Positions 9,926-18,778 of a stretch of 64,000 bases of DNA are shown here, piece by piece (within the stretch, counting starts at the first letter, position 1; each line of letters begins with the position of its first letter). The DNA is from a virus, in the IMG/VR virus record IMGVR_UViG_3300043788_000040, positions 106,564-170,563 of that record; one strand, 5' to 3'. A program made the translations under genes and the position numbers. The notes beneath the pieces are model-generated. The model searched no databases. It saw only the letters and a list, made by a program, of their open reading frames with translations, and was not told the DNA's origin.

Positions 9926-10624
9926 ATCCGTTCGAAGCATAAGAAGTCGCACGATAAACCGCACGAAAAGCCATCGTTCACCGTACGCAGATCATTCGCC
10001 CCACTCAACGACTCCCAACGTGAATACGTTGCCGCCATCGGTGAGGGCGGCATTCTGTTTGGCGTCGGTCCCGCAGGTACAGGGAAGACATACGCCGCTG
10101 TTGCCATGGCTCTCGCGGCTCTCAACGCCGGGCGCGTGAAGAGGATTATTTTCACTCGTCCCGCCATTGAAGCTGGGGAAAAGCTGGGGTTTCTTCCCGG
10201 CACCATGCAGGAAAAAGTAGACCCCTACATGCGCCCACTTTTTGATGCCCTACATGACATGGTGGACAACGAAGAACTTCTCAAGATGATGGCCGGGGGC
10301 ATCATTGAAATCGCCCCTCTGGCTTTCATGCGGGGTCGGACTTTGAGCAAGGCCTTCGTCATTTTGGACGAGGCGCAGAACACCACCAGCGAGCAGATGA
10401 AGATGTTCCTGACTCGTTTGGGGTTTGGCTCGCAGATGGTGATCACCGGGGATGTCACCCAAGTGGACTTGCCCAACGGGAAAGTGTCTGGTCTGGTTGA
10501 GGCAGTAGAACTGTTCAAGGACGTGCCGGAGATCGGCATCTTCCATTTCAACGCTACGGATGTCGTCCGTAACGCCCTTGTACAGGTGGTGGTCAACACT
10601 TACGAGAGTAAGCGCTCGCGTTAG
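9926..10624 (+). CDS. phoH: PhoH-family ATPase; probable non-canonical ATC start
   Basis: Walker A GPAGTGKT lies in frame upstream of the tracked ATG at 10106; also [42 protein letters not shown] 9914-9919 precedes in-frame ATC 9926. Confidence 0.9.
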   Translation: MRSKHKKSHDKPHEKPSFTVRRSFAPLNDSQREYVAAIGEGGILFGVGPAGTGKTYAAVAMALAALNAGRVKRIIFTRPAIEAGEKLGFLPGTMQEKVDPYMRPLFDALHDMVDNEELLKMMAGGIIEIAPLAFMRGRTLSKAFVILDEAQNTTSEQMKMFLTRLGFGSQMVITGDVTQVDLPNGKVSGLVEAVELFKDVPEIGIFHFNATDVVRNALVQVVVNTYESKRSR

Positions 10625-10920
10625 AAAATGAACGTGCCCGTGACGATGTAGTCTGTCGCGGCAAGCAAAGCGGATGAAAAGGTCAGCGTAATCGAGTCTG
10701 TCAATCCAATTGCTCCTGTGACCGTGATCGTGTTGTCTGAACAATTCAGATTTGTCACGCTAGTGGGCATGAGGGCCATGGCTGTGAAGCCATCAGAGAT
10801 AGTTTGACCAGTGGGGGAAGCATAGCTGAGTGCTGCCGTGCCGAGTGAGATGGTGATGGACGTTGCAGACCCGTCACCGTGCAATTGGACGCCGAAGTTG
10901 ATGGACTGTTTGATAGCCAT
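10621..10920 (-). CDS. Small beta-rich putative virion protein
   Basis: N-terminus resembles that of the neighbouring gene (MAIKQ...LHGDGSATS vs MAIQQ...LNGDNVATS). Confidence 0.6.
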   Translation of the reverse strand: MAIKQSINFGVQLHGDGSATSITISLGTAALSYASPTGQTISDGFTAMALMPTSVTNLNCSDNTITVTGAIGLTDSITLTFSSALLAATDYIVTGTFIF

Positions 10921-10921
10921 T

Positions 10922-12130
10922 TTAGTATTCGTACCCGCAGATGGTGACGTTGAGGATGTTGGTTGTCGCCTGATCCAAGTGACTGACGCCGATAGTCTGC
11001 GTACCGTTGCCGAAGAACTCGATGCCGTCTGGAATATCTATGACAACCTCGCCGCCTGAACCCGACGTGGCGTTCAGCGTATTTGCTTCAGGCACCAAGT
11101 ACGCGATGGGGCTGGCAGCAGTAGTGGCTCCAGCGGTGTTGTGGCGCAGAGCGATGCGTGAAAACGCGATAGCAGCCGCACCGGAACGCACGCTTACACC
11201 GATTGATGTGATGCGAAGAGTCTTGCCGGATGTGATTGTGTAACTGGTGACGCCAGCCGTGTTGACGCCCTGCTTGTTTTGAGCCATGGACAGCAGAGCT
11301 TCAGCCGTGACGCCCGCTGCTGCGAGTGCGGTAAAGGAAACGTAGGTACGACCCGAATCCTTCATGTCCTGCGTGGTGAGCGCACGTGCGCCCTGCGTTG
11401 CCTTGGCGACGGTGTTGACCGCGTTACCGCCAGCCGCATCGTCCAGTGTCATGTGCAGGTTCGCACCGTTAGCTTGTCCCACGGTGGGAACAGGCTCTAC
11501 GCTGACGTCGTTCCCCTCCATGATGAACGTGACGGTGCCCGTTCCGGTAAGCTGCGGATTGAGGCGTAGACGCATGTAGGATAGACCTGCTACGTCGAAC
11601 TGGATAGCGCGGCTGCCGACGCCGTTTGTCCAGCCTGTAAGTGCGGTGTAGCCGTCAGCGATGGCTCCTTGAATTGGAAACCAAGCTGCGCCGTCTTGTG
11701 AAACTTCAAAAAGAATTGTGCCGCCCGTGATAGAGCCGCTGACCACGAATCCTACTTCAACGGAATTTGAACCAGACAACGGCAGAGTCCATGTGGTGTT
11801 GAGAGCAGTGGCACTTGTCCAAGCAGCCGTGGTGCCTTGCAAAGTGCCAGAGTTGAAGAACAGTCCAACGAAAGCTGTGCCCTGACCAGACCAAGCCGAG
11901 GGGAAAGACAGAATCAGGTTGCCAAAGCCGTCGAGGGAGGCTGATCCGCCAGCCGGAAGTGCTCCGACTACGTTGTTCAGAGTCGCGCTGTTCGGGAGAG
12001 TTCCAGGGTTGACAACTTGCCCAGAGTCCAACACAAGCTGAAACAGTTTCGCGAAGCTGTACGTGAAAGAAGTAGCGACGTTGTCGCCATTCAATAAAAT
12101 TTCTACTGTGACCACTTGCTGGATCGCCAT
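10922..12130 (-). CDS. Putative virion/fibre protein (modular)
   Basis: G/T/A-rich beta protein; shares AAWTSAT module and C-terminal KDSGRT...GYEY module with 12207-14204. Confidence 0.65.
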   Translation of the reverse strand: MAIQQVVTVEILLNGDNVATSFTYSFAKLFQLVLDSGQVVNPGTLPNSATLNNVVGALPAGGSASLDGFGNLILSFPSAWSGQGTAFVGLFFNSGTLQGTTAAWTSATALNTTWTLPLSGSNSVEVGFVVSGSITGGTILFEVSQDGAAWFPIQGAIADGYTALTGWTNGVGSRAIQFDVAGLSYMRLRLNPQLTGTGTVTFIMEGNDVSVEPVPTVGQANGANLHMTLDDAAGGNAVNTVAKATQGARALTTQDMKDSGRTYVSFTALAAAGVTAEALLSMAQNKQGVNTAGVTSYTITSGKTLRITSIGVSVRSGAAAIAFSRIALRHNTAGATTAASPIAYLVPEANTLNATSGSGGEVVIDIPDGIEFFGNGTQTIGVSHLDQATTNILNVTICGYEY

Positions 12131-12206
12131 AGTGTTTGACTGCCTCCTGCCCAAGGAACGTAAAGTGCGCCGACGCATCGGCTTGCGACAAGGGCAAACT
12201 TAGGGA

Positions 12207-14204
12207 TTAGTATTCGTACCCCACGACGCACACAGTCGCGTTGCCAGTGTTCACCTGCGAAAGTGTGCTGATGCCCACTTGCTGACCAGCCGCTATTTCT
12301 AATCCATCTGGAAAAACTTGCTCGGCGTTGCCTACGTCAGCCGTGCCTGAGGTCGTAGATGGAGAGGCGAATAGGGTGCAGTAAATCGGCGAGGTGACGA
12401 GGACAGCCGCAGCAGCGCGGATGCGTGCTTTGACTGCGCCGATGCCAGTATTGACTTGCGAAGCCAGCGTCATGCTCTGCATGCGGAACGTTTTACCAGC
12501 CGTCACGGTGTACGAAGTTCCCGTTGTCGTTGCACCGTTCTTGGTGATGCTCATCGTCTGCAAAGCTTCCGCCGCTGGGGCTGTAACGTTGTCGATATAC
12601 AACACCACTACGGTGCGACCAGAGTCCTTGAGTTCTTGCACCTTGGTCGGTGGTACTCCGTTGGATTGTGCCGCGAAACCAACGGTGACCGTGCCCGTCC
12701 CTGTGATAGCTGGGCTGAGTCGGACGCGGAAGTATTGCCAGCCTCCGATGTTGAACTTGAAGGAGATGTAGGTGCTGGCTTGGAACGTGTAGGACTGGAT
12801 GTCATTGCCGTCAGCGGCATAGTTGACACCTGAGGCTGCGACCCAGTTGGCGTTATCGTTGCTGACTTCGAAGTTGGCAGCACCACCCGTGATCGTCGTC
12901 GTCTGGTTGAAAGTGACTAGGATAGTGTTGTACGAAAAGTTCGCACTGAGCAGGGTGACGGCTGTATTGTTCGCTGTGGCAGATGTCCAAGATGCAGCGG
13001 CGGTGTTGCTAGTGCCGCTGTTCGCTTCCTTCAAAGCACCAATGGCGTCAACCTGCAAGGGCGATACGTTACCCGTGGTGATTGTAGTGGGGGTCGTGTT
13101 GAACTGTCCGGCGATCAGAAGCTCGTTGGCAGGAGAGGCTGCGTTTTGACCCGCAGCATCCATCGCCGCGCCCGTATTTCCGACAATGCCAACCTTCTGC
13201 ACACCAGCCGCAGCCGTTACGACAGCCACACCTGCCACTGCTTGCAGATCGTGATTGAGTGCGCCGTGTAAATCGGTAACGGGCAGGACTTGATCGCCTG
13301 TCGTGTAAGTGACAGTCGTGTACGCGGTCTCAGCAATCGCAGGCAGTACGCCAAGATTTTGAGCGTTCGGAGCCGCGTTATTGTTGGTCAAGTTGCCAAC
13401 GACTGTGAACGGTGCGGCTGGGTTTGTCACATTGACGTTCAGCGACGTGCCTGTCGCGGTGATCCCGGTGACGCCAGCGAACAGAGAAGAGTTGACGGCT
13501 GGAACTGCAACGGCTGCTGGAGCCGATCCGAAGTTTACAATCGCCGTGGCACCGAGTGCTGTACCTGCGACAGCTTGCAAATCTTGGTTGAGAGCACCGT
13601 GCAGGTCCGTGACGGGAAGCACCATGTCGCCCGTGGTGTAGGTGACGGTCGTGTACGCAGTCTCAGCAATAGCACCCAGTACGCCAACTAGCGTTGCGGT
13701 AGGAGCCGCGTTGTTGTTCGTTAGGTTTCCGTCAACGACCCATGGGGTTGTGCTCTGCGTGACACCCACGGTCCCTGAGATTGCTGTCGTGGAGAGGGAA
13801 CTGACAAACGAGTCAGCGGAGTATCCGATGGTGACCGTTCCCGTGCCTGTGATTGCCGAACTAAGAAGAACTTGAAAATACGGAATGGCGGTTAGGTTAA
13901 ACTGGAAGACCGCGTAGGTGTTCGCTTGAAGCGTGTACGTAGCTCCCACCAACGCCAGCGTGGAGGTGTTGAATCCTTGAAGGTTGAAGAAGTTTACGCC
14001 GTCGAAGCTGCCCTGAAATGTGACCACGCCGCCTGTGATCGTGGTGGTCTGTGACAGGGAAATGTTCAGGGTGTTGTAGGAGATGTCATTGCTGACCAGC
14101 GAGGCGACTGTGTTGAGAGCAGTGCTGCTGTTCCACGCGACAAACGAAGGGTTCTGCGAACCTACGCTGATACTTGCCGTGATGGAATACTGTGACTCAG
14201 GCAT
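12207..14204 (-). CDS. Putative virion/fibre protein with internal repeats
   Basis: Two GNLTNNNAAP...TDLHGALN.DLQAVAG modules 111 aa apart; C-terminal GYEY module. Confidence 0.7.
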   Translation of the reverse strand: MPESQYSITASISVGSQNPSFVAWNSSTALNTVASLVSNDISYNTLNISLSQTTTITGGVVTFQGSFDGVNFFNLQGFNTSTLALVGATYTLQANTYAVFQFNLTAIPYFQVLLSSAITGTGTVTIGYSADSFVSSLSTTAISGTVGVTQSTTPWVVDGNLTNNNAAPTATLVGVLGAIAETAYTTVTYTTGDMVLPVTDLHGALNQDLQAVAGTALGATAIVNFGSAPAAVAVPAVNSSLFAGVTGITATGTSLNVNVTNPAAPFTVVGNLTNNNAAPNAQNLGVLPAIAETAYTTVTYTTGDQVLPVTDLHGALNHDLQAVAGVAVVTAAAGVQKVGIVGNTGAAMDAAGQNAASPANELLIAGQFNTTPTTITTGNVSPLQVDAIGALKEANSGTSNTAAASWTSATANNTAVTLLSANFSYNTILVTFNQTTTITGGAANFEVSNDNANWVAASGVNYAADGNDIQSYTFQASTYISFKFNIGGWQYFRVRLSPAITGTGTVTVGFAAQSNGVPPTKVQELKDSGRTVVVLYIDNVTAPAAEALQTMSITKNGATTTGTSYTVTAGKTFRMQSMTLASQVNTGIGAVKARIRAAAAVLVTSPIYCTLFASPSTTSGTADVGNAEQVFPDGLEIAAGQQVGISTLSQVNTGNATVCVVGYEY

Positions 14205-14236
14205 TGGATAATCCCCTACAAATCCCTTAGAAAGTC

Positions 14237-14266
14237 AAAAGAAAAGGGGCACCTTGCGGTGCCCCT
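14237..14266 (-). terminator. Rho-independent terminator
   Basis: Minus strand AGGGGCACC-GCAA-GGTGCCCCT followed by TTTCTTTT. Confidence 0.85.
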
Positions 14267-14289
14267 CGTCCGAATGCCTCAACTTCAAG

Positions 14290-14305
14290 GCACGCCCTGA
14301 TAAAG
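14290..14305 (-). repeat. 16-bp perfect inverted repeat of the allo-tRNA anticodon arm (cis-antisense)
   Basis: + strand GCACGCCCTGATAAAG (14290-14305) is the exact reverse complement of CTTTATCAGGGCGTGC (14386-14401). Confidence 0.9.
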
Positions 14306-14342
14306 ATCAAAATTGATGACAGGCAGGATGGGTACGATCAAG

Positions 14343-14427
14343 CGGAAGGCACCGGAGTTGAACCGGAGAGGTTTCCCTCCCATCGCTTTATCAGGGCGTG
14401 CTCAATGACCTATTGAGATTACCTTCC
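14343..14427 (-). tRNA. Non-canonical 8/4 allo-tRNA; anticodon GAU, long variable arm, G73, no encoded CCA
   Basis: Acceptor GGAAGGTA/TGCCTTCC (8 bp); D stem CTCAAT/ATTGAG (6 bp); anticodon loop CTGATAA; variable arm GGAGG-GAAA-CCTCT; T arm CCGG-TTCAACT-CCGG (4 bp); discriminator G. Confidence 0.8.
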
Positions 14428-14450
14428 GAGAGCAGCCCTGCCTGTCAAAT

Positions 14451-14460
14451 GTCTAATACC
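14451..14460 (-). promoter_or_regulatory. GTATTAG-type promoter for the allo-tRNA unit
   Basis: Minus strand GGTATTAGAC, the recurrent motif, about 25 nt upstream of the tRNA. Confidence 0.6.
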
Positions 14461-14482
14461 CTCTCCCCAACAATTCAGCCGA

Positions 14483-16039
14483 TTAGATTGCAGCGGCTTC
14501 TTCTGACCAGCGGATGGAACCAAAAGCCTTGGAAGTACCAGTGCCGAACTTCTGAGCGGCAAGGGTGTAGGTGTCTCCAGGTGCCCCGGCAGCCATGTAC
14601 TGCAACAGCATGTCGGTGTGCGCGGGAGCCGAAGCAAGCATAGATGACCAAACCACGGTTCCGGTGCCGATAGTGACAGCAGTCGCCGTGACGTCACGCT
14701 TGATGTGCGAACCAGTCGGAATACCAGTCGCCGTGAACGCTGCGCCCGTGAGGGTTTGGGGGTTCTTGATGAGCACGACCTTGACCTGCGAGCCGTCTCC
14801 GTACGCCTGAACCTCGCGGATAAGGAATGACTCCGTGGTTGAGTTGGACTGAATCGAGATCAGCGGTACCAGCGTGGCGTTCGGCAGTGTGATGAGGGTC
14901 GTGAAGCCGGAGTCGTCAGCGAAGTAGTTGATTGACTGGGCATACTGCTCATCCGCAGGAATCGTGACCAGCGAACCGCCCTGCGACACGCGCAGAAGTT
15001 CTTGGTCGCCAGCGGTGTAAGCCGGGAGGGTGACGGTCGGGAACGTGCCGGAGTCCGTGACTGCGATCAACGCGCCGATGTTGTTCGTAGTCGGAGCCGC
15101 GTTGTTGTTCGTCAGGTTGCCAGCGATTACCCAAGGCGTGGTGCCCTGCGTGACTGCGACCGTGCCGCCCGTGACATCCACGTTCAGGCTGGAGCCTGTC
15201 GCGGTGATGCCCGTGGTTCCGGCGAAGATTGAAACGTTCGCGCCGATTACGTTTGCAGCAGCGGGTGCCGTACCGAAGGCGGTAACAGCAGTCGCACCCA
15301 GTTGGACGCCAGCCGAAGCCTGCATGTCGTTGTTGACTGCGCCATGGAGGTCGGTGACTGCCAGTACTTGGTTGCCCGTCGTGTAGGTGACGGTGTTGTA
15401 AGCGGTCTCAGCGATGAAGCCCAGCACGCCCATGTTGTCGGCAATCGGGGCTGCCGTGTTGTTAGACAGGTTGCCAGCAACCGTGACGGTAGTCGTGCTA
15501 CCAGTCAGGTTGACGTTCAGCGCACCGCCCGTGTTCGTCAGAGCCGTGGTGCCTGAGAAGATTGAGGAGTTGACAGCCGGAACGTTTACAGCGGCCGGAG
15601 CCGAACCGAAGGCGACTACTGCGGTCGCGCCAAGCTGGACGCCAGCAACAGCCTGCAAGTCGTCATTGACTGCTCCATGCAAGTCGGTGGTCGCCAGAAC
15701 TTGGAAGCCGTTCGTGTAGGTGTTGGTCGTGTACGCGGTTGAAGCAAGGAAGCCAAGCGTGCCGAGGTTGTCTGCAACGGGCGCTGCGTTGTTGTTCGTC
15801 AACGTGCCCATGACGTTCGTGGTGCCCGCGAACGTGGCGTTGACGTTTAGAAAGCCGTTTGGAGTGGACGAGAGCGGCTGGAAGTTGCCGTTGCTGTCCA
15901 TGCTGCCGACTAGGATGCCCGATGTCGGGGACGCTGTGCCATTAGCAGCAAATAAAGGCGATTCGGTGTTGTTGTCGTACAACCCGGAGACTGTGACTGT
16001 CGTGTACTGGTCAGTTCCGGGGAATAGTGTCAATGGCAT
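14483..16039 (-). CDS. Putative virion/fibre protein with internal repeats
   Basis: Three G(N/T)L(T/S)NN(N/T)AAP module starts homologous to 12207-14204; C-terminal domain resembles that of 16117-17307. Confidence 0.7.
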   Translation of the reverse strand: MPLTLFPGTDQYTTVTVSGLYDNNTESPLFAANGTASPTSGILVGSMDSNGNFQPLSSTPNGFLNVNATFAGTTNVMGTLTNNNAAPVADNLGTLGFLASTAYTTNTYTNGFQVLATTDLHGAVNDDLQAVAGVQLGATAVVAFGSAPAAVNVPAVNSSIFSGTTALTNTGGALNVNLTGSTTTVTVAGNLSNNTAAPIADNMGVLGFIAETAYNTVTYTTGNQVLAVTDLHGAVNNDMQASAGVQLGATAVTAFGTAPAAANVIGANVSIFAGTTGITATGSSLNVDVTGGTVAVTQGTTPWVIAGNLTNNNAAPTTNNIGALIAVTDSGTFPTVTLPAYTAGDQELLRVSQGGSLVTIPADEQYAQSINYFADDSGFTTLITLPNATLVPLISIQSNSTTESFLIREVQAYGDGSQVKVVLIKNPQTLTGAAFTATGIPTGSHIKRDVTATAVTIGTGTVVWSSMLASAPAHTDMLLQYMAAGAPGDTYTLAAQKFGTGTSKAFGSIRWSEEAAAI

Positions 16040-16116
16040 ATAGGGGAGTCCTCTCCAACTTCGGGTTCAAAATCGCTTCTATCTGAGGGAATGGTAGTCG
16101 AAAAAGGGCTATCTCG

Positions 16117-17307
16117 TTAGAGACACGTGGCTTGTTCATCCCAAGCAAACGAACACCCAGCTATTGATTTTGGGGTGCCCGTGGAGACAGCGCCGACATA
16201 AACGAGGGTGATGGTGTCCGGCGTCCCTCCGGTGAATCCGAAGTGCATCTCATAATCGTGACGCTCGTGGTCAGCGCCGACGAACCCGGAGTCAATGAGC
16301 CTGCCCCCGGTGTAGGATGTCGCGGAGACGTCGTACTGGGCTTGGGACGCGGCGTCCACGTTCACGAAGCTCGCCCCGGTCAGCGTCGCGTTGAGGAGAA
16401 GCTGGTAATGGGACAGGTTCCCACCGCTGAGGAAGTCCGAGTTCCTGAGAGTGAATGTGACAGCGGTCGCCGCAACCTTTGGCCGGATGGACAGCAGGGG
16501 CACCAAGGCAGCCGTGGCGTTCGTCTTGAGCGCCGCGCCCGTGGTCGCACCGAAGCGCAGGACGTTGATGTCCGTCTCTTGGTCTTGCGTGAGCGTGACG
16601 ATCTTGCCGCCCGTGGTAACCGAGATGTTTTGGAGTACACCGTTGCAATCCGCACCGCCGATGAGGATAGGCTGGATGCAGGTCGGCGGGACGTACGCGG
16701 GCGCTGGGCAGATGGTGCTGCCTGCTGCATACAAACCCTGAACCTGAGGGTCCATCCAAGCCGCTGAGGTATTGCCCGGCTGCGAGATCAGGAGCATTCC
16801 GGGGTGCGTTGGGTGGCTGATGTTGGTGACAACCGGGGTGCAGGTATCGGTCGCAAGTTCGGTCGCCTCAATGACGCCTGTGCTACCACATTCAACGGTC
16901 AGCGTCGCACCGCTGCCGACCACCATCGTCGCTACGGTGTTCGTGCCGGACAGGATTTGGTCAAAGTGTACCGTTGTGCCTGAGGTCGTGTAGTAGGCGC
17001 TGATGTTTCCGCTGCCATCGGTCTGCCAAAAGACGTTGGACGAACCTGCCGGGGGTGCCGGGGTCAAGTTGTTGAAGTTCGGAGCCGCAGGGCCAAACAG
17101 AACTGCGGTGCCGTTGACGAATACCTCGTCAACGTCGGGACCTGTCGGCAAGAGGCACGGATCAATCTTGCAGTCGGGGCCAAGTAGGACTATAGCGCCG
17201 GGCTGCGCGGGGCAGCAGCCGTCAACGGCGGGGACACGATACTCAGTCCAGAAGGGCTGGTTCGCTTTGTCCTTGCGATTTGCCAGTATGCTGTAGATGG
17301 GAGCCAT
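16117..17307 (-). CDS. Putative virion protein
   Basis: Beta-rich, several Cys; C-terminal LVPLLSI...LTGASF...DVSAT...PDTITL...WDE domain shared with 14483-16039. Confidence 0.6.
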   Translation of the reverse strand: MAPIYSILANRKDKANQPFWTEYRVPAVDGCCPAQPGAIVLLGPDCKIDPCLLPTGPDVDEVFVNGTAVLFGPAAPNFNNLTPAPPAGSSNVFWQTDGSGNISAYYTTSGTTVHFDQILSGTNTVATMVVGSGATLTVECGSTGVIEATELATDTCTPVVTNISHPTHPGMLLISQPGNTSAAWMDPQVQGLYAAGSTICPAPAYVPPTCIQPILIGGADCNGVLQNISVTTGGKIVTLTQDQETDINVLRFGATTGAALKTNATAALVPLLSIRPKVAATAVTFTLRNSDFLSGGNLSHYQLLLNATLTGASFVNVDAASQAQYDVSATSYTGGRLIDSGFVGADHERHDYEMHFGFTGGTPDTITLVYVGAVSTGTPKSIAGCSFAWDEQATCL

Positions 17308-17501
17308 TACTGGTTACCCCCTTGGCGCATCTGGTCTATCATGTCGGGGCTGAAGCGGAGGTTACGTCCAATGCGAATGCACGGAATCTTGCCTGCGGAG
17401 GCGAGGCGGTAGAGAGTCTTCGGAGCGATCTTGACGAGCTTCGCAAACTCCTTGATCGTCAAAAGCTCGGTCTGGGAGCCTTTTTGTGTTCCAGAAGCCA
17501 T
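17307..17501 (-). CDS. Excisionase-family (HTH_17) DNA-binding protein
   Basis: LLTIKEFAKLVKIAPKTLYRLASAGKIPCIRIGRNLRF. Confidence 0.85.
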   Translation of the reverse strand: MASGTQKGSQTELLTIKEFAKLVKIAPKTLYRLASAGKIPCIRIGRNLRFSPDMIDQMRQGGNQ

Positions 17502-17558
17502 TTCCTCAGTTTTCCCCGCTTTTCACTTAGGGGTTTGGTAGCAGGTTTTTACTTTTGA

Positions 17559-18338
17559 TTAGCCGAACAGGGCTTCCATATCGGTGATGAAGGCTTGCGC
17601 AGCGACCCCGATCAGTTGGCGGGGGGCCTGAGAAGGCGAGACGTTGGTCTCGCTATAGAAGAGCCAAACCTTGCGGGCTGCCGGGTCGGTCACGGTGCCG
17701 GAGTCGGCATTGCTGTAGCCGTTTGTGTTCAGTGTCGCCAAGCCCACATCGCCGCTCGCCCCGCATCCCGCCGTGCCGTAGTCTGCGTGTGTGAACGGTG
17801 CTGTGAAGCTGGCGTAGCCGGATGGGTCGGAGGGATTTTTTGAGACGCTGGCGATGGTCACAGTCTGGGCGTTGAGGAACGTCGCATTCACCAAGCCAGA
17901 GAAAGTCACGGTCATACCTACGACCCAATCCTGCCGGGCGGTGACAGTCAGCACGTTGGACACGATTTCAACCGCCGACACGGGCGCTGTGATAGCGGGC
18001 ATGGTCGCCGTGAAGGCTCCAGGCGTTGCTGTGCTGACGTTCACGATCTTGCCGTTCAGGAATGAGGCATTGGTCAGCCCGTTAATCAGGGCGGCGTTCA
18101 TGTTCGCTTGGAAGGTGTTGACGCCAGTGACGGTGAGCAAGCCGCCTGCGATTGCGATGTTGGTGATTTGGGGCATGCGGATAGTGGGCTGATCCGCTTC
18201 AAGATACTGAAGCCCGTTGACGTTGATCATCACTTCCTTACCGTGTGGGTCAAAGGTAAAGTCCGGCTTGTAAATCCAGAAAGCCGCGTGGATCGTCGTG
18301 TTTAGTTGGAAGCCCGCTTCAAACTGATTCAACGGCAT
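17559..18338 (-). CDS. Putative virion protein with duplicated beta module
   Basis: Repeat I....LTVT...GL(T/V)NA(S/T)FLN...V....FTA occurs twice. Confidence 0.6.
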   Translation of the reverse strand: MPLNQFEAGFQLNTTIHAAFWIYKPDFTFDPHGKEVMINVNGLQYLEADQPTIRMPQITNIAIAGGLLTVTGVNTFQANMNAALINGLTNASFLNGKIVNVSTATPGAFTATMPAITAPVSAVEIVSNVLTVTARQDWVVGMTVTFSGLVNATFLNAQTVTIASVSKNPSDPSGYASFTAPFTHADYGTAGCGASGDVGLATLNTNGYSNADSGTVTDPAARKVWLFYSETNVSPSQAPRQLIGVAAQAFITDMEALFG

Positions 18339-18386
18339 GTACCCCTACCTATGGTGGGAAAGCCCACGAATACCAAGTACTCGGGC

Positions 18387-18416
18387 TGGACAAAAATGTC
18401 CATTTCGCTGTATACT
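18387..18416 (+). promoter_or_regulatory. Sigma70-like promoter TGGACA-N18-TATACT
   Basis: Divergent intergenic region; GTG start 6 nt downstream; GGACA-AAAA-TGTCC palindrome overlaps the -35. Confidence 0.6.
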
Positions 18417-18422
18417 ATTGCT

Positions 18423-18572
18423 GTGAGAGACCCTCTAAAATGCCCACGGTGTGGGCTTGGCAAAGACACGGACGGCGACGGCGATTGTCCGGTATGCGCC
18501 CACTGGGAAGACGGTCGAGAAGTCGGCCCGGCGCTCGCTAAGCTGATCCGCAGGAGCAAGAAGAAACAATGA
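18423..18572 (+). CDS. Small zinc-ribbon protein
   Basis: CPRC...CPVC; probable leaderless GTG start. Confidence 0.55.
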   Translation: MRDPLKCPRCGLGKDTDGDGDCPVCAHWEDGREVGPALAKLIRRSKKKQ

Positions 18573-18778
18573 GCCGCACCTACTCGCGGAGGACATGCCG
18601 ATGCGGGCGGGAAGTCAGCGCCAACGGCGCAGCGTGGCACAACCACATGATGGGGCACGTCCGCAAGGGCGAGGCAACCAAATCATTCGTAATCTCCGGC
18701 TGCCTCACGCCGGGCGCTGGTTCACGGTACACCGAATTTCGCTGGATAAAGGAGCCTGCTAATGCGACGAGGAAGTAA
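18569..18778 (+). CDS. Small C2H2-like protein
   Basis: CRCG...HNHMMGH. Confidence 0.55.
   Translation: MSRTYSRRTCRCGREVSANGAAWHNHMMGHVRKGEATKSFVISGCLTPGAGSRYTEFRWIKEPANATRK

Noticed and set aside
9926-9928. Allo-tRNA(GAU) acting as initiator for the phoH AUC start
   Set aside because: It lacks the initiator hallmarks (1:72 mismatch, three consecutive G-C anticodon-stem pairs); probably coincidence
14343-14427. tRNA-Sec (GGAAG start, 6-bp D stem) or ordinary tRNA-Ile
   Set aside because: The anticodon is GAU rather than UCA and the fold is 8/4 rather than 8/5; the long variable arm and G73 do not fit tRNA-Ile
17307-17501. Integration module
   Set aside because: Only an excisionase-like HTH is present; no integrase or att site is visible
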